A stretch of DNA of 64,000 nucleotides from Octopus sinensis (lineage: Eukaryota): positions 496,001 through 560,000 of the forward strand of contig NW_021832432.1 of NCBI RefSeq assembly GCF_006345805.1, in the 5' to 3' direction. Under the pieces are notes generated by a model. That model was not told the DNA's origin. It saw nothing but the letters and a program-made list of their open reading frames with translations, and did not search any database. Position 1 is the first letter of the stretch. Each line of letters starts with the position of its first letter. The position numbers were made by a program, and so were the translations under genes. Positions 24,254 through 36,437 of the stretch are shown here, in pieces.

Positions 24254-25797
24254 TAGTAATGATTCTATTAGCTTGCCACTTTAGAAAGAACGGATTTACA
24301 CATTGGCAGCAGTTTATGATAAAAGAGATCAATTTTGACCAAACATACTTTGAGACAACCAAATGTATCTTGGTCGCTCTTTTGAATCCACAAATATCAA
24401 ACTACTGTGCCTTACTATATATTGAAGGAGTTTTGTACCTTACTATAGTGAAGCAGTTAAATTCCTCAAGTTCATGAGGGTCTAGAGACAAAAGCAAATT
24501 GTTCAGTGCTGAGTGAACTACATCTTAATGTCAGGTGTACAACTGTTCTTCTTTTGGGGGATACAAAAAGATGTCAAAGATGATGATCTTAAATGTTACT
24601 ACCTGAGTTTTTCAGATAAACTTTAACCCTTTAGCATTCAGATTTCTTTGTCAAATGTAATGCTTATTTATTCGTATTGTTTTGAATTAATCATGCTTTA
24701 TCTCATAGCTTCAAGAATTCAATCGTGTGTTTGTATATTGACATTGTAAGGTAAGTGTGAGAGGTTGGGCTGGATACAGCTAGGTTATATACTAAAGGGT
24801 TAAAACAAACACCACTCTAATGATTTTTTTCATACACATCAGATTTCTAAGTTTTACATTTCCCAGTGCATCTCAATACTCATAACCGTTCAACATAAAA
24901 AAAAAGGACAGGTGATAGATTCAACAACACATTTCAACCTTTATGGCTTTGGTTTGCTGTCTCTTCATTCTACATTTTCTACTGCTACTACCAGGGCCTT
25001 TGCTCTGCAGAATTGTCTGGTATCATTCCATCTCCACCCAGGGCTAAATAACTCATTCATCACTTCTCTTCTCACCATCCATATTGTGTCTCTCTATCTT
25101 AACCCTTGCACTGGCCACTATGTCCAACCCTTTTCTTCTTGAGCCATCATCTCTTAAGAATTTCACTAATGGCCATGTTTTGTTTATAAGTTTTCAAGAA
25201 CATCATTTTCACTTGTGGGGGACCATATACAGAGACCTATCCGAAAAAAACAACAACATCCAAAAACAAACAGTAAGACAGTGATGGTGAACCTATGACA
25301 CATCAGTGACACATCATGGGGTTTTAGGTCATAAGTGATGGACTTTGGGGAAAAAAAAAAGAAAGGAAAGTTTCCCTGCAATAAAAGATTTTATCTATAA
25401 GCATTTACCTTAAACTAAAATACACTTGAACATCTAAGAGAGTCACCAATATAACAGGATTATTAACTCTTTAGTATTTAAATTTCTCTGTCAAATGTAA
25501 TGCTTATTCACTCATATTGTTTTGAATTAATCATGCATTATCTCATAGCTTTGAGATTTTAAAGATGTGATTGTTTACTTTTGAATTACATTCTGGGTTG
25601 ATGTGAGCAGCTGGTAGAATATTTGGGCCAGATATGGCTGGTTTAAATGCTAAAAGGTTAAAAAAAATTTAAATTTCAGGATACTGGGCTCAAAATGTTT
25701 ACCACCACTGAATTATGGTTCTTTTACAATATTGCGACATTATTTTGAGATTATTCTGAGGGCTGCTCATGCTCAACCCTCAAATTAATGTCACAGT

Positions 25798-26105
25798 ATA
25801 GCACATGAGCACCAAAGTACAGAGAATGATATAGAAGTACATTGACCATGTCTTATGGAAAGATCCCAACAGGGAGATTTTTTTTTACCATAGTCCATCA
25901 CTTATCACCTAAAACACTATGCTATGTCATAAGTTCACCATTGCTGTCTTTATTTTTTTTTTTATTCAGGATGGGTCTATGTATATGGTCCAACAAGATG
26001 AGTGGGAATGATGTTCTTGAAAATATTTATTGTTGAGATCTTTCCATAAGATATGGCCAATGTACTTCTATCTCCCCCCTCTGTACATTGCTGCTCATGC
26101 TCTAT
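25798..26105. mobile_element. MITE with TIRs of about 70 bp; an inverted internal copy lies at about 25190-25360
   Basis: CATGAGCA...TAGAAGTACATTGACCATGTCTTATGGAAAGATC versus GATCTTTCCATAAGATATGGCCAATGTACTTCTA...TGCTCATG. Confidence 0.75.
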
Positions 26106-26752
26106 ATTGAAAGGAGGAGGAGGAAGTAAGGAAGGCTCAAGAACTGTTGAAAAAGGGAAGCAAGATGGTGGATGGGGAACATGGAACCAGATGTGAACCA
26201 CAGCCATTGACAAGGTAGCGTGGAGAGAGAAAGAGTGTGTGCGTGTGTGTGTGTGTGTGTGTCAGCCACCTGGCATAAAGTGGAAAGATAGATTTTGAGG
26301 GTTACAGTTGACAGAGTTCAGAATTTATCAGTCTCTCAACAGGTCAAAAGGTAGATAGTATTTATCTTATGCGATTGGTATTGTACTGTGTTCAGAGTAA
26401 AGTACACTGTTCAATCCACGTAGCAGTTGTTGTTTACTCCCACATTAAGCAAGCCTAAAATTTCTTGTGGGAGGAGATGGTCAGCATAATCGCCCCCAGT
26501 GATCAACTGGTATTTCATTTCATTGACCCTGAAAGGATGAAAGGCTAAGTCAACCTCAGCATAAAGACAGATGAAATACTACCAAGCATTTTGTCTGGCG
26601 CGATAACAATTCTGTTAGTTTGCCTCCTTAAGCAAATCTATAATCTAAGACATTTAAGCGTGACCATCACATCTCTCTTCGGGCATTGTTTACTTTAGAA
26701 TACATTGAAAAATACTCTAAGAATGAGAACCCAGGTTCAAAATTTCCCCAAG

Positions 26753-26796
26753 ACACCTGAAGAAGGCTGGAGGGTATATCAGCCGAAACGTAGTGT
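26753..26796 (+). ncRNA. Minimal type I hammerhead ribozyme motif
   Basis: ACAC-CTGAAGA-A-GGCTG(loop)CAGCC-GAAA-CG-TA-GTGT. Stem I is ACAC/GTGT, stem II is GGCTG/CAGCC, stem III is the palindromic ACGT, and the cleavage triplet is GUA. Confidence 0.72.
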
Positions 26797-27067
26797 TAAC
26801 AACAAACAAGATAACAAATATCCATCGAATGTAAATAATGTACATAATTCCTCATCTCTTAAATATAGAACCAGATTTAAATTGCTCGGCAGGACAAACA
26901 ACAAGTATTTAGGACTCCATGTGCATATCCTGTTTACTCAAACGGAATATCTGTGAGGAAGATTTTTATTATAGATTGAGATCCATTCGGTTGGAATCTA
27001 CTGGTGTGTGTTTATCAGCATCGATTGAGAACCTGGTACATTAAAACCTGAAAATAGTGTAGCATTC

Positions 27068-27332
27068 TCCATGTGTCTAACACACGTGGACATGCCTACC
27101 AAGTCAGAAAACAACACAGCTCCCATGACTTTCGGAAACATTTCTTCACGCTTAGAGTTGCTGAAGCATGGAATAAACTGCCTGCGTCAGTTGTTGACTG
27201 CCATGACACTGCATCCTTTAAGGCCCTCATGCTTTCCGAAATCCGTCGAAACTACACCTGATTATATATGCACTTTAGATGAGTTGTAGTGCACCTGAGC
27301 ACTGTACACAATGTTTATTATTATTATTATTC
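27068..27332 (+). mobile_element. CR1-type LINE 3' end
   Basis: NTRGH...RKHFFTLRVAEAWNKLP..VV....SFK C-terminal motif, followed by a 3' UTR and (TTA)n tail. Confidence 0.88.
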
Positions 27333-27669
27333 AAATCCGACGGAATCATCTCCCCTTGTAACACTGATTAATTTTTACTTATACAATGATAAGAACGAAA
27401 AAGCCTTGTGATGGTGTTTCCAGCATCATGGCTCAGAGTCCAATGACTGAAACCACAGCAAAAAAAAAAAAAAAAAAAAAAGCATCAAGATGGAAATTGA
27501 AATAATGACGAGTGTAATTTCTAGTAAGAATGGTTGTGCATATTGTTTTGAATGAAGTAGCATGGCAGAATGAGAAGAATTTTGCAGATCTATACCATAG
27601 AGGTTTCTATTTTCAGTAAGATTTGATCTAATACATATACTCAGATATTTAATTTCCCTTTTAATATTA

Positions 27670-29131
27670 ATGGTTTTAAACTGTGACTCAAAACCAGCAT
27701 TTAGGGTAGGTGGTTAGTTGATTACATTGACTCCAGTTTTTGACTAGTACTTTTATCGAATCCGAAAAGACGAAAGACTTAGTTGAGCTTTTGAACACAG
27801 AACATAGAGAAACAGAAGGAATGCCACTTAGAATTTTGTCCGACGCACTTACAATTCTACCAGCTGACCACCTTGATAGTAATAACCCTTCCTACTATAT
27901 GCACAAAGCCTGAAATTTTGGGGGAGGGCATTGGTCAATTACATCAACTCCAGTACACCTTTGCTATGTTATCGTCCCCGAAAGGCAAAGGCAAAGTCAA
28001 GGTCGGCGGAATTTGAATTCAGAACGAAATAGTGCAAAGTATTTTATCGGTGTGCTAACGACTCTACCAGCTCTTCGCCTTAATAATAATGATTTCAAAT
28101 TTTGGTACAAGACTAGCAATTTCGTGAGAGGGATAGATAAGTCGATTATATCGAAACCCCGCTACTCAACTGGCACTTATTTTATTGACCCCGAAGGGCT
28201 GAAAGGCAAAATTGACCTCAGCTGATTTTGAACACCGAACCGTACGAAATAACGCTGAGTATTTTGCCCGGCGTGCAGACGGTTCTGCCAGCTCGCCGCC
28301 TCAATAAATTTTAATAATAACAATAATCCTTTCTACTAAAGGCACAAGGCCTGAAATATGGGCGAAGGTAAGTCGATTACATCGACCCCGAAAGGATGAA
28401 AGACAAAGTCGACCTCGGTGGAATTTGAACTCAGAACTTATGGACTGAGCTAAGCATTTTGCTCGGTGTGCTAACGATTCTTATTTCTTTATTGCCCACT
28501 AGGGGCTAAACATAGAGGGGACAAAAAAGGACAGGGCTAAGTCGGTTATATCGACCCCAGTACGTAACTGGTACTTAATTTATCGACCCCGAAAGGTTGA
28601 AAGGAAAAGTTGACCTCGGCGGAATTTGAACTCAGAACGTAGCAGCAAGGGGTTAAACAGAGGAAGCAAACAAGGAAAGACAGACGGATTAAGTCGATTA
28701 TATCGACCCCAATGCGTAACTGGTCCTTAATTTATCGACCCCGAAAGGATGAAAGGCAAAGTCGACCTCGGCGGAATTTGAACTCAGAACATAACGGCAG
28801 ACGAAATACGGCTACGCATTTCGCCCGGCGTGCTAACGTTTCTGCCAGCTCGCCGCCTTATTAAATGTTAATAATAATAATACTATTGGCACAAGGCCTG
28901 AAATGTGGGGGAAGGTAAGTCGATTACATCGACCCCGAAAGGATGAAAGACAAAGTCGATCTCAGTGGAATTTGAACTCAGAACGTAAGGACTGAATAAA
29001 TGCTGCTAAGCATTTTGCCCGACGTGCAAACGAATCTGCCAGCTCACCGCTTTAATAAATAATAATAATAATAACAATCCTTTCTTCTATAGGTACAAGG
29101 CCTGAAATATAAGGGAAGGTAAGTCGATTAC
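27670..29131 (-). mobile_element. Cluster of about 8 same-orientation SINE family A copies and fragments
   Basis: Repeated ATCGACCCCGAAAGGATGAAAG.CAAAGTCGACCTCGG.GGAATTTGAACTCAGAAC blocks separated by (AAT)n. Confidence 0.85.
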
Positions 29132-29153
29132 AATAATAATAATAATAATAATA

Positions 29154-29290
29154 AGGAGATCACCATGACGCGCACATATGGTTGTGATGCATGTACCCTT
29201 ATCAGACGGGTAGTCATGATGGGTATACTGGGCTTCATATATTTTACCCCAGTGTCGCTTTCATGACATGTACTGCTCTCTCACTAAATA
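29154..29290 (+). mobile_element. Short 3' fragment of a (TAA)n-embedded retroelement
   Basis: Reverse complement of 60711-60850, with (AAT)n on both sides. Confidence 0.75.
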
Positions 29291-30148
29291 ATAATAGTAA
29301 TAATCTTATAATAATTGTGTTTAACATTCCGTTACTTAGCCCGTCGGTAACGCTTTTACGTGATTAGAGACAAAGAGGGAGAGAGAAGCGTCCATGACGT
29401 GAAGTAGAGGGAATGTAATTGTAATACTTTCACGTGATTAGTTGAAGGAAGAGAGAGAAAAGAGGATAAAGCGAAGAGGGAGAGAGAAGCGTCCATGACG
29501 TGAAGTAGAGGGAACGTAATATTTATTACGTGGTTAGAAAAGTTCGTTGAAGGTAGTGATGATATAGAGGAGGAGAGTTAAAAATATTATTTTAACAGAG
29601 AGGTGAAGTTAAAGAAAGGCAGAAAGAGAGAGAGAGAAATGATAATGGTGGTGATGGACAGTAAAAAGTATATTTTATTTTAATTGAACTAAGTTTTTTT
29701 TTTTAATATCATTTAACGCATGCACATAAGTGCAATTCCGTGAAATATTCACGCTTATTTACGTGGCAGATATATGCAATTTGACTAAAGGTTGTATCAT
29801 ATGTACAGGATATATATATATATATATATTTGCTTATGGGAAAAATAAGAGTGAATATTTATTTTGTGTGTGCTGAGTATCAAGTATATAAAATTGTGCA
29901 CAAAGTATATAAAGTGTATATATAAAGTGCAGTAAGTAATCATCGTATTCCAATTTCTTTCACTTTTCAATGAATAGCAGACGAGCGACTATCTTTCCAT
30001 ACAGACACGTCACAGGCTACGCTTTCAGTTTTTTTGTATTTTTTTGATAAAGCTTTCAGAATAACTCGAATAGGTTTACCATTAATTTCATGAAATATTC
30101 ACGGATCTCGCTGCTAGTAGCAGTAGTGGTAGTGGTGGTGGTGGTGGT

Positions 30149-30180
<32 letters not shown>

Positions 30181-30672
30181 TAGTAACAACAATAGTAATA
30201 AATGGCGGGCAGGAGAGAAAGGTCACTGACCTGTGCAATATTGTGAAAGTTAAACCTATCATTTCACTCTTCAGTCGTGATGTACTACTTCAATCCTCAA
30301 ATCTCACACTAAATACTTTGCTTGATCCTTTCTTGTCAGAGTATAACACTTGGAACCCTCCTTCCACTGATCTGTTTTCTACAGCCACATTCTAAATATC
30401 AACCTAAATCACTCTTGGAAAACTTGGCGAGTGACATGAACACTGTTTACCCCCCCCTCTCTCCTTTGACTAACTTTAAAATAAATAAATAAATAAACGT
30501 GAATGAAGCAGTTCACAATGAAGACGTATAATTAAAATGGAATACACATTTTATAAGCTGATAATTGGTCTGCTCGTCTCTCCCTCTGTCTCTGTCTCTC
30601 TCTCTTTCTCTCTCTCTCTCCCTCCCTCTCTCTCTCATAGGCGTGGCTGTGTGGTAAGAAGCTTGCTTCCAA

Positions 30673-31352
30673 GGCGGCGAGCTGGCAGAAACGTTAGCAC
30701 ACCGGGCGAAATGCTTTGCAGTATTTCGTCTGTCGCTACGTTCTGAGTTCGAATTCCGCCGAGGTCAATTTTGCCTTTCATCCTTTCGGAGTCGATTAAC
30801 TAATTACCAGTTACGCACTGGGGATCGATATAATCGACTTAATCCGTTTGTCTGTCCTTGTTTGTCCTCCCTGTGTTTAACCCCTTGTGGGTAGTAAAGA
30901 AATAGGTATTTCGTCTGCCACTACGTTCTGAGTTCAAATTCCGCCGAGGTCGACTTTGCCTTTCATCCTTTCGGAGTCGATTAACTAATTACCAGTTACG
31001 CACTGGGGATCGATATAATCGACTTAATCCGTTTGTCTGTCCTTGTTTGTCCTCCCTGTGTTTAACCCCTTGTGGGTAGTAAAGAAATAGGTATTTCGTC
31101 TGCCACTACGTTCTGAGTTCAAATTCCGCCGAGGTCGACTTTGCCTTTCATCCTTTCGGAGTCGATTAACTAATTACCAGTTACGCACTGGGGATCGATA
31201 TAATCGACTTAATCCGTTTGTCTGTCCTTGTTTGTCCTCCCTGTGTTTAACCCCTTGTGTGCAGTAAAGAAATAGGTATTTCGTCTGCCACTACGTTCTG
31301 AGTTCAAATTCCTCCGAGGCCAACTTTGCCCCTTGTAGGCAGTAAAGAAATA
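30673..31352 (+). mobile_element. SINE family A concatemer (head + 3 x 185 bp + a deleted 4th unit) inserted into a family B SINE (30640-31830)
   Basis: Unit starts at 30721, 30906, 31091 and 31276. TSD TAAGAAGCTTGCTT(T)CCAA at 30655 and 31351. Confidence 0.92.
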
Positions 31353-31869
31353 AGAAGCTTGCTTTCCAACCACATGGTTCTAGGTTCAGTCCAAGTGCAT
31401 GGCACCTTAGGCAAGTGTCTTCTGCTATAGCCTCAGGCCGACTAAATCCTTGTGAGTGGATTTCGTAGACGGAAACTGTAAGAAGCCTGTATGTATGTAT
31501 GTATGTGTATGTGTGTATGTATGTATGTATGTATGTATGTATGTATGTATGTATGTATGTATGTATGTATGTATGTATGTATGTATGTATGTGTATGTAT
31601 GTATGTATGTATGTATGTATGTATGTATGGATGGATGGATGTATGTGTGTGTGTGTGTGTGTGTGTGTTTGTCCATCACCACCGCTTGACAACTGCTGTT
31701 AACGGTTTGACAAAAGAAACGGATAAAAGATATAAGTACTGGGGTAGATCCATTCGACTAAAAATTCTCCAAGGCGGTGCCTCAGCATGGCCGCAATCAG
31801 ATGACCGAAACAATTAAAAAAAAAAAAACAATGAATAAACGACATATATACACGTAAATACGTGATGTT

Positions 31870-32480
31870 CTTTTATTCTTTTACTTGTTTCAATCATTTG
31901 ACTGCGGTCAAATTGTAGCACCGCCTTTAGTCGGACAAATCGACCTCGGGACTTATTCCTTGTTAGCCTAGTACTTATTCCACCAGTCTCTTTTGCCGAA
32001 CCGCTAAGTTACGGGGACATAAATACACCAGCATCGGTTGTCAAGCGATATATATATATATATATATGACGGCGAGCTGGCAGAATCGTTAGCACGCCGG
32101 GCAAAATGCCTAGCAGTATTTCGTCTGTCGTTACGTTCTGAGTTCAAATTCCGCCGAGGTTGACTTTGCCTTTCATTCTTTCGGGGTCGATAAATAAAGT
32201 ACCAGTTTCGCACTGGGGTCGATGTAATCGACTTAATCCGTTTGTCTGTCCTTGTTTGTCCCCTCTGTGTTTAGCCCCTTGTGGGTAATAAAGAAACATA
32301 TATATATATATATATATATGAGGGGCTTCTTTTAGTTTCCGTCTACCAAATCCACTCACAAGGCTTTGGTCGGCCCGAGGCTCTAGTAGAAGACACTTGC
32401 CCAAGGTGCCATGCAGTGGGACTGAACTCGGAACCATGTTGTTGGTAAGCAAGCTAATTACCACACAGCCACTCCTACGC
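31870..32480 (-). mobile_element. SINE family B interrupted by a family A copy (32071-32298, +) in its internal (TA)n
   Basis: Both halves of the B copy are recognisable on either side of the A copy. Confidence 0.85.
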
Positions 32481-32932
32481 CTATTATAACTATATTGTTC
32501 AATACGCGTGCATAGCATTTTGGGCAATTCAAGTGTATAACTTATCGTACTCCGTCACACTGATTCTGTCTTAGAATTATGTTAATGGTGCCCGGAGTAT
32601 CCGTATTGGGAGAATGTTCAGCCACTGTCCTATTAATTCAACGAGCAGGCTGTTCGTAATTCAGATGATCGAACAGCTGAATCCTCGTTGCATAGCGACG
32701 ATTCCTTCCTTCTTTCTCTCCCTTTACAGCGGTATCAAATTTGCATTCGAAGGGACACAACTTTTGAAAACTATCAGAGGTAGTATCATGTCCAAGGGAC
32801 GTAACTCCCGTCTTCACGCAGGATAATGTTGAATCTGTAGAGCCCTGAACAAAATGATTTGCGGAACAAAGTAACGCCCTTTCTTTCTTCCTCCCTTCTT
32901 TTTTTCTTTCTTTCTTTTACACGCACATACAT

Positions 32933-33098
32933 AGGCGCAAGAGTGGCTGTGTGGTAAGTAGCTTGCTAACCAAGCACATGGTTCCGGGTTCAGTCCCACT
33001 GCGTGGCATCTTGGGCAAGTGACTTCTGCTATAGCCCCGGGCCGACCAATGCCTTGTGAGTGGATTTGGTAGACGGAAACTGAAAGAAGCCTGTGGTA

Positions 33099-33137
<39 letters not shown>

Positions 33138-33360
33138 GTGTGTTTGTGTATCTGTGTTTGTCCCCCTACCATTGCTTGACAACCGATGCTGGTGTGTTTA
33201 CGTCCCCGTCACTTAGCGGTTCGGTAAAAGAGACCGATAGAATAAGCACTAGGCTTACAAAGAATAAGTCCCGGGGTCGATTTGCTCGACTAAAGGCGGT
33301 GCTCCAGCATGGCCGCAGTCAAAATGACTGAAACAAGTAAAATAATAAAAGAGTAAAGAG
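32933..33360 (+). mobile_element. SINE family B, full length (similar copies at 34475-34793 +, 42168-42580 -, 49830-50171 -, 55587-55980 +)
   Basis: GGCGCAAGAGTGGCTGTGTGGTAAG A-box, GGTTCAGTCCC B-box, internal (TA)n/(TG)n and tail GACTGAAACAAGTAAAA...GAGTAAAGAG. Confidence 0.9.
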
Positions 33361-33685
33361 CTGATATATGTACACACGTACCAAGTATACCTACCTACGT
33401 ATCAGGCATACATCTCAGGCGAATCAAATTTTAAATGCCCCCCCGCCTCCCACTCAACTGGGTGGGGGGGGATGGCAAGCGACGCGAGCCCAACAAGCTG
33501 AGGATTTCCCCAAGAAAGCTTTTCTTAGCAATATGAATAAACATAGGAGCAATTTGAAGTCACTTGTAAAGGAAAGTTAAAAAATTTAATTCTTAAAAAT
33601 TAATGAAAAAATATATACAACTAACAAACATAATGTATTGAAAATTTAATATTTTCTAATTTGATGCGAGCAAATATATATATGT

Positions 33686-34258
33686 TTACTCTTTTACTTG
33701 TTTCAGTCATTTGACTGCGGCCATGCTGGAGCACCGCCTTTTTAATCGAGCAACTCGACCCCGGGACTTATTCTTTTGTAAGCCCAGTACTTATTCTATC
33801 GGTCTCTTTTGCCGAACCGCTAAGTACCGGGGACATAAACACACCAGCATCGGTTGTCAAGCAATGCTAGGGGGACAAACACACACATATACATATATAC
33901 ATATATACGACGGGCTTTGGTCGGCCCGAGGCTATAGTAGAAGATACCTGCCCAAGGTGCCACGCAGTGGGACTGAACCTGGAATCATGTGGTTGGTAAA
34001 CAAGCTACTTACCACACAGCCACTCCTGCGCCTATGTGTGTGTGTTTGTGTGTCTGTGTTTGTCCCCCTAGCATGCTTGACAACCGATGCTGGTGTGTTT
34101 ACGTCCCCGTCACTTAGCGGTTTGGCAAAAGAGACCGATAGAATAAGAACTGGGCTTACAAAAGAATAAGTCACTGGGTCGAGTTGCTCGATTAAAAAGG
34201 TGGTGCTCCAGCATGGCCGCAGGCAAATGACTGAAACAAGTAAAAGAGTAAAGAGTAA
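33686..34258. repeat. Inverted pair of family B SINE 3' halves
   Basis: 33686-33880 is the reverse complement of about 34055-34258. Confidence 0.88.
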
Positions 34259-34384
34259 ATATGGTAAACAAACAGTTGTTTACCAAGCTCTTGTTTATAT
34301 TCTCCGTCTTTGATTTGATTTGGCCCAAAAATGTTTTTTTTTTATTATTGGTTGTTGATATATTTAAATACTGTTTTTTACTCT

Positions 34385-34960
34385 TGGTATTTAGAAGCTA
34401 ATTTTGCAAGCTTTCTCTTTTGCAAAATCTTTTACAAGCTCTTGGAGTGGAATTTTTCAACAAATTTCATCATAGGCGTAGGAGTGGCTGTGTGTTAAGT
34501 AGCTTGCTTATGAACCACATGGTTCCGGGTTCAGTCCCATTGCGTGGCACCTTGGGCAAGTGTCTTCTACTATAGCCTCGGGCTGACCAAAAGCTTGTGA
34601 GTGGATTTGGTAGATGGAACCTGAAAGAAGCCCGTCGTATATATATATATATGTGTGTGTGTATACGTTTGTGTATCTGTGTTTGTCCCCCCACCATTGC
34701 TTGACAATCGATGCTGGTGTGTTTACGTCCCCGTAACATAGCGGTTTGGCAAAAGAGACCAATAGAATAAGTACTAGGCTTACAAAGAATAAGTTCATAT
34801 CATTGGTCATGCAAATTTTCAACTGATAAAGACACTTCATGAAGTTTCTCTAGAATGGTGTCAGTGATGAAAGCACCAGCAGCTTCCTTTAGTGGAATTA
34901 TTCAACGGAAATACTTTGATACAAATGAAATTTAAATGAAGTAAAACTAACAGTTTTTGT
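34385..34960 (-). pseudogene. hAT transposase remnants split by a SINE
   Basis: IIPLKEAAGAFITDTILEKLHEVSLSVENLHDQ*YD resembles the ENLRGQGYD motif. The C-terminal piece reads LQELVKDFAKEKACKISF*. Confidence 0.6.
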
Positions 34961-35029
34961 GTGTTGTTAAAAGACATACAAATATCTTCCATGCTGCAAT
35001 TGCTTTTGCTTCAGCACACTTTTGTTGTT

Positions 35030-35101
<72 letters not shown>

Positions 35102-35775
35102 TAGCTGATGGTGACCCGCTCTACGCGCGGGTAAGAGTGTGGTTGTTATTTTCTGTTGCTTCCTTTCAGCACGTAAAAAGCACCATCCGAACGTGGCCGA
35201 TTGCAGCTCCGCCTTGACTGGCTTCTGTGCCGGTGGCACGTAAAAAGCACCAACCGATCATGGCCGCTGCCAGCCCCCTTGGCACCTGTGACGGCGGCAC
35301 GAAAAAAGCACCCCCTACGCTCACAGAGTGGTTGGCGTTAGGAAGGGCATCCACCTGTAGAAACACTGCCAGATCAGACTGGAGCCTGGTGCAGCCTCCT
35401 GGCTTCCCAGACCCCGGTCAAACTGTCCAACACGTGCTAGCACGGAAAACGGACGTTAAACGACGACGACGATGATGATGATGATGATGATTCTCCCTCT
35501 TTGTTTCTCTCTCCTTTCTCTCTCACTTTCCCCACTCTCTTACTCTCTATCTTTATCTATCTCTCTCCCATTTATAAACAACAAAAGATCTTGAGTAAGT
35601 TGAGAAATAAAATATTTAGAAAGATCAATCATAAATATCAGGCAGTAACAACGGAAAGGTCTGCTTCAAGGCAGACAGCAAAACACTAACATTTAAAAGG
35701 GACAGACGAACTTGCGAGCTGAATAAAAATAATAAAATATTGGAAACCAAAGTTTGAAGGGATAGAATCTGAGGA

Positions 35776-36030
35776 TAGTAGAGTCACCATGGCTGGCATT
35801 TCTTAACGACGACAGCAACGTATTGACAGTTTAACGGCTGGCGTAAAATTTTGAACTTGATGTAAAAGAAAATTCGTAAACACCAAGTTTTGAAGTGATT
35901 CTTTCTCACGACAGTAGACTCACCATGGCAAGCATTCAAAACTTCTTCATCATGGACGGCAACACATTGACGATTAAAAGGCTGGCGCAAATTTTTTAGC
36001 TTGATGTAGCAGAGAATTACTAAACACCCG
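35776..36030 (+). repeat. Diverged tandem duplication of about 137 bp
   Basis: AGTAGA(G/C)TCACCATGGC...GGCTGGCG.AAA...CTTGATGTA...TAAACACC occurs twice. Confidence 0.8.
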
Positions 36031-36141
36031 CTCCTTTAAATTTTAATCCCCTTCCAGCCCCATTTAGACCCTTTTCACATTTTGGTTAATATAACCCGAT
36101 TTCATTTGGGTCTACTGGGGCCACATTTTATAAGATGAGGA

Positions 36142-36437
36142 CTCAACCAAGTTTCCCGAGTTCTGGTCATAGACCATAGAACACTCAACCAAGTTTCCCG
36201 AGCTCTGATCATAGACCATAGAACACTCAAGCAAGTTTCCCGAGCTCTGGTCATAGACCATAGAACACTCAACCAAGTTTCCCGAGTTCTGGTCATAGAC
36301 CATAGAACACTCAAGCAAGTTTCCCGAGTTCTGGTCATAGACCATAGAACACTCAACCAAGTTTCCCGAGTTCTGGTCATAGACCATAGAACAGTCAAGC
36401 AAGTTTTCCGAGTTCTGGTCATAGACCATAGAACACT
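36142..36437 (+). repeat. 42-bp tandem array, 7 copies
   Basis: Unit CTCAA(C/G)CAAGTTTCCCGAG(T/C)TCTGGTCATAGACCATAGAACA. Confidence 0.97.

Noticed and set aside
30721-31275. 185-bp SINE units as hammerhead retrozymes
   Set aside because: No CUGANGA...GAAA core with stems was found on either strand of the unit.
32730-32870. Exon after a strong pyrimidine tract
   Set aside because: It lies among decayed SINE pieces, gives no recognisable peptide and has weak donors.
36142-36437. CRISPR array or 14-aa repeat protein
   Set aside because: The units are contiguous with no unique spacers, there are no cas genes and the context is eukaryotic. The ORFs arise only because 42 is a multiple of 3.
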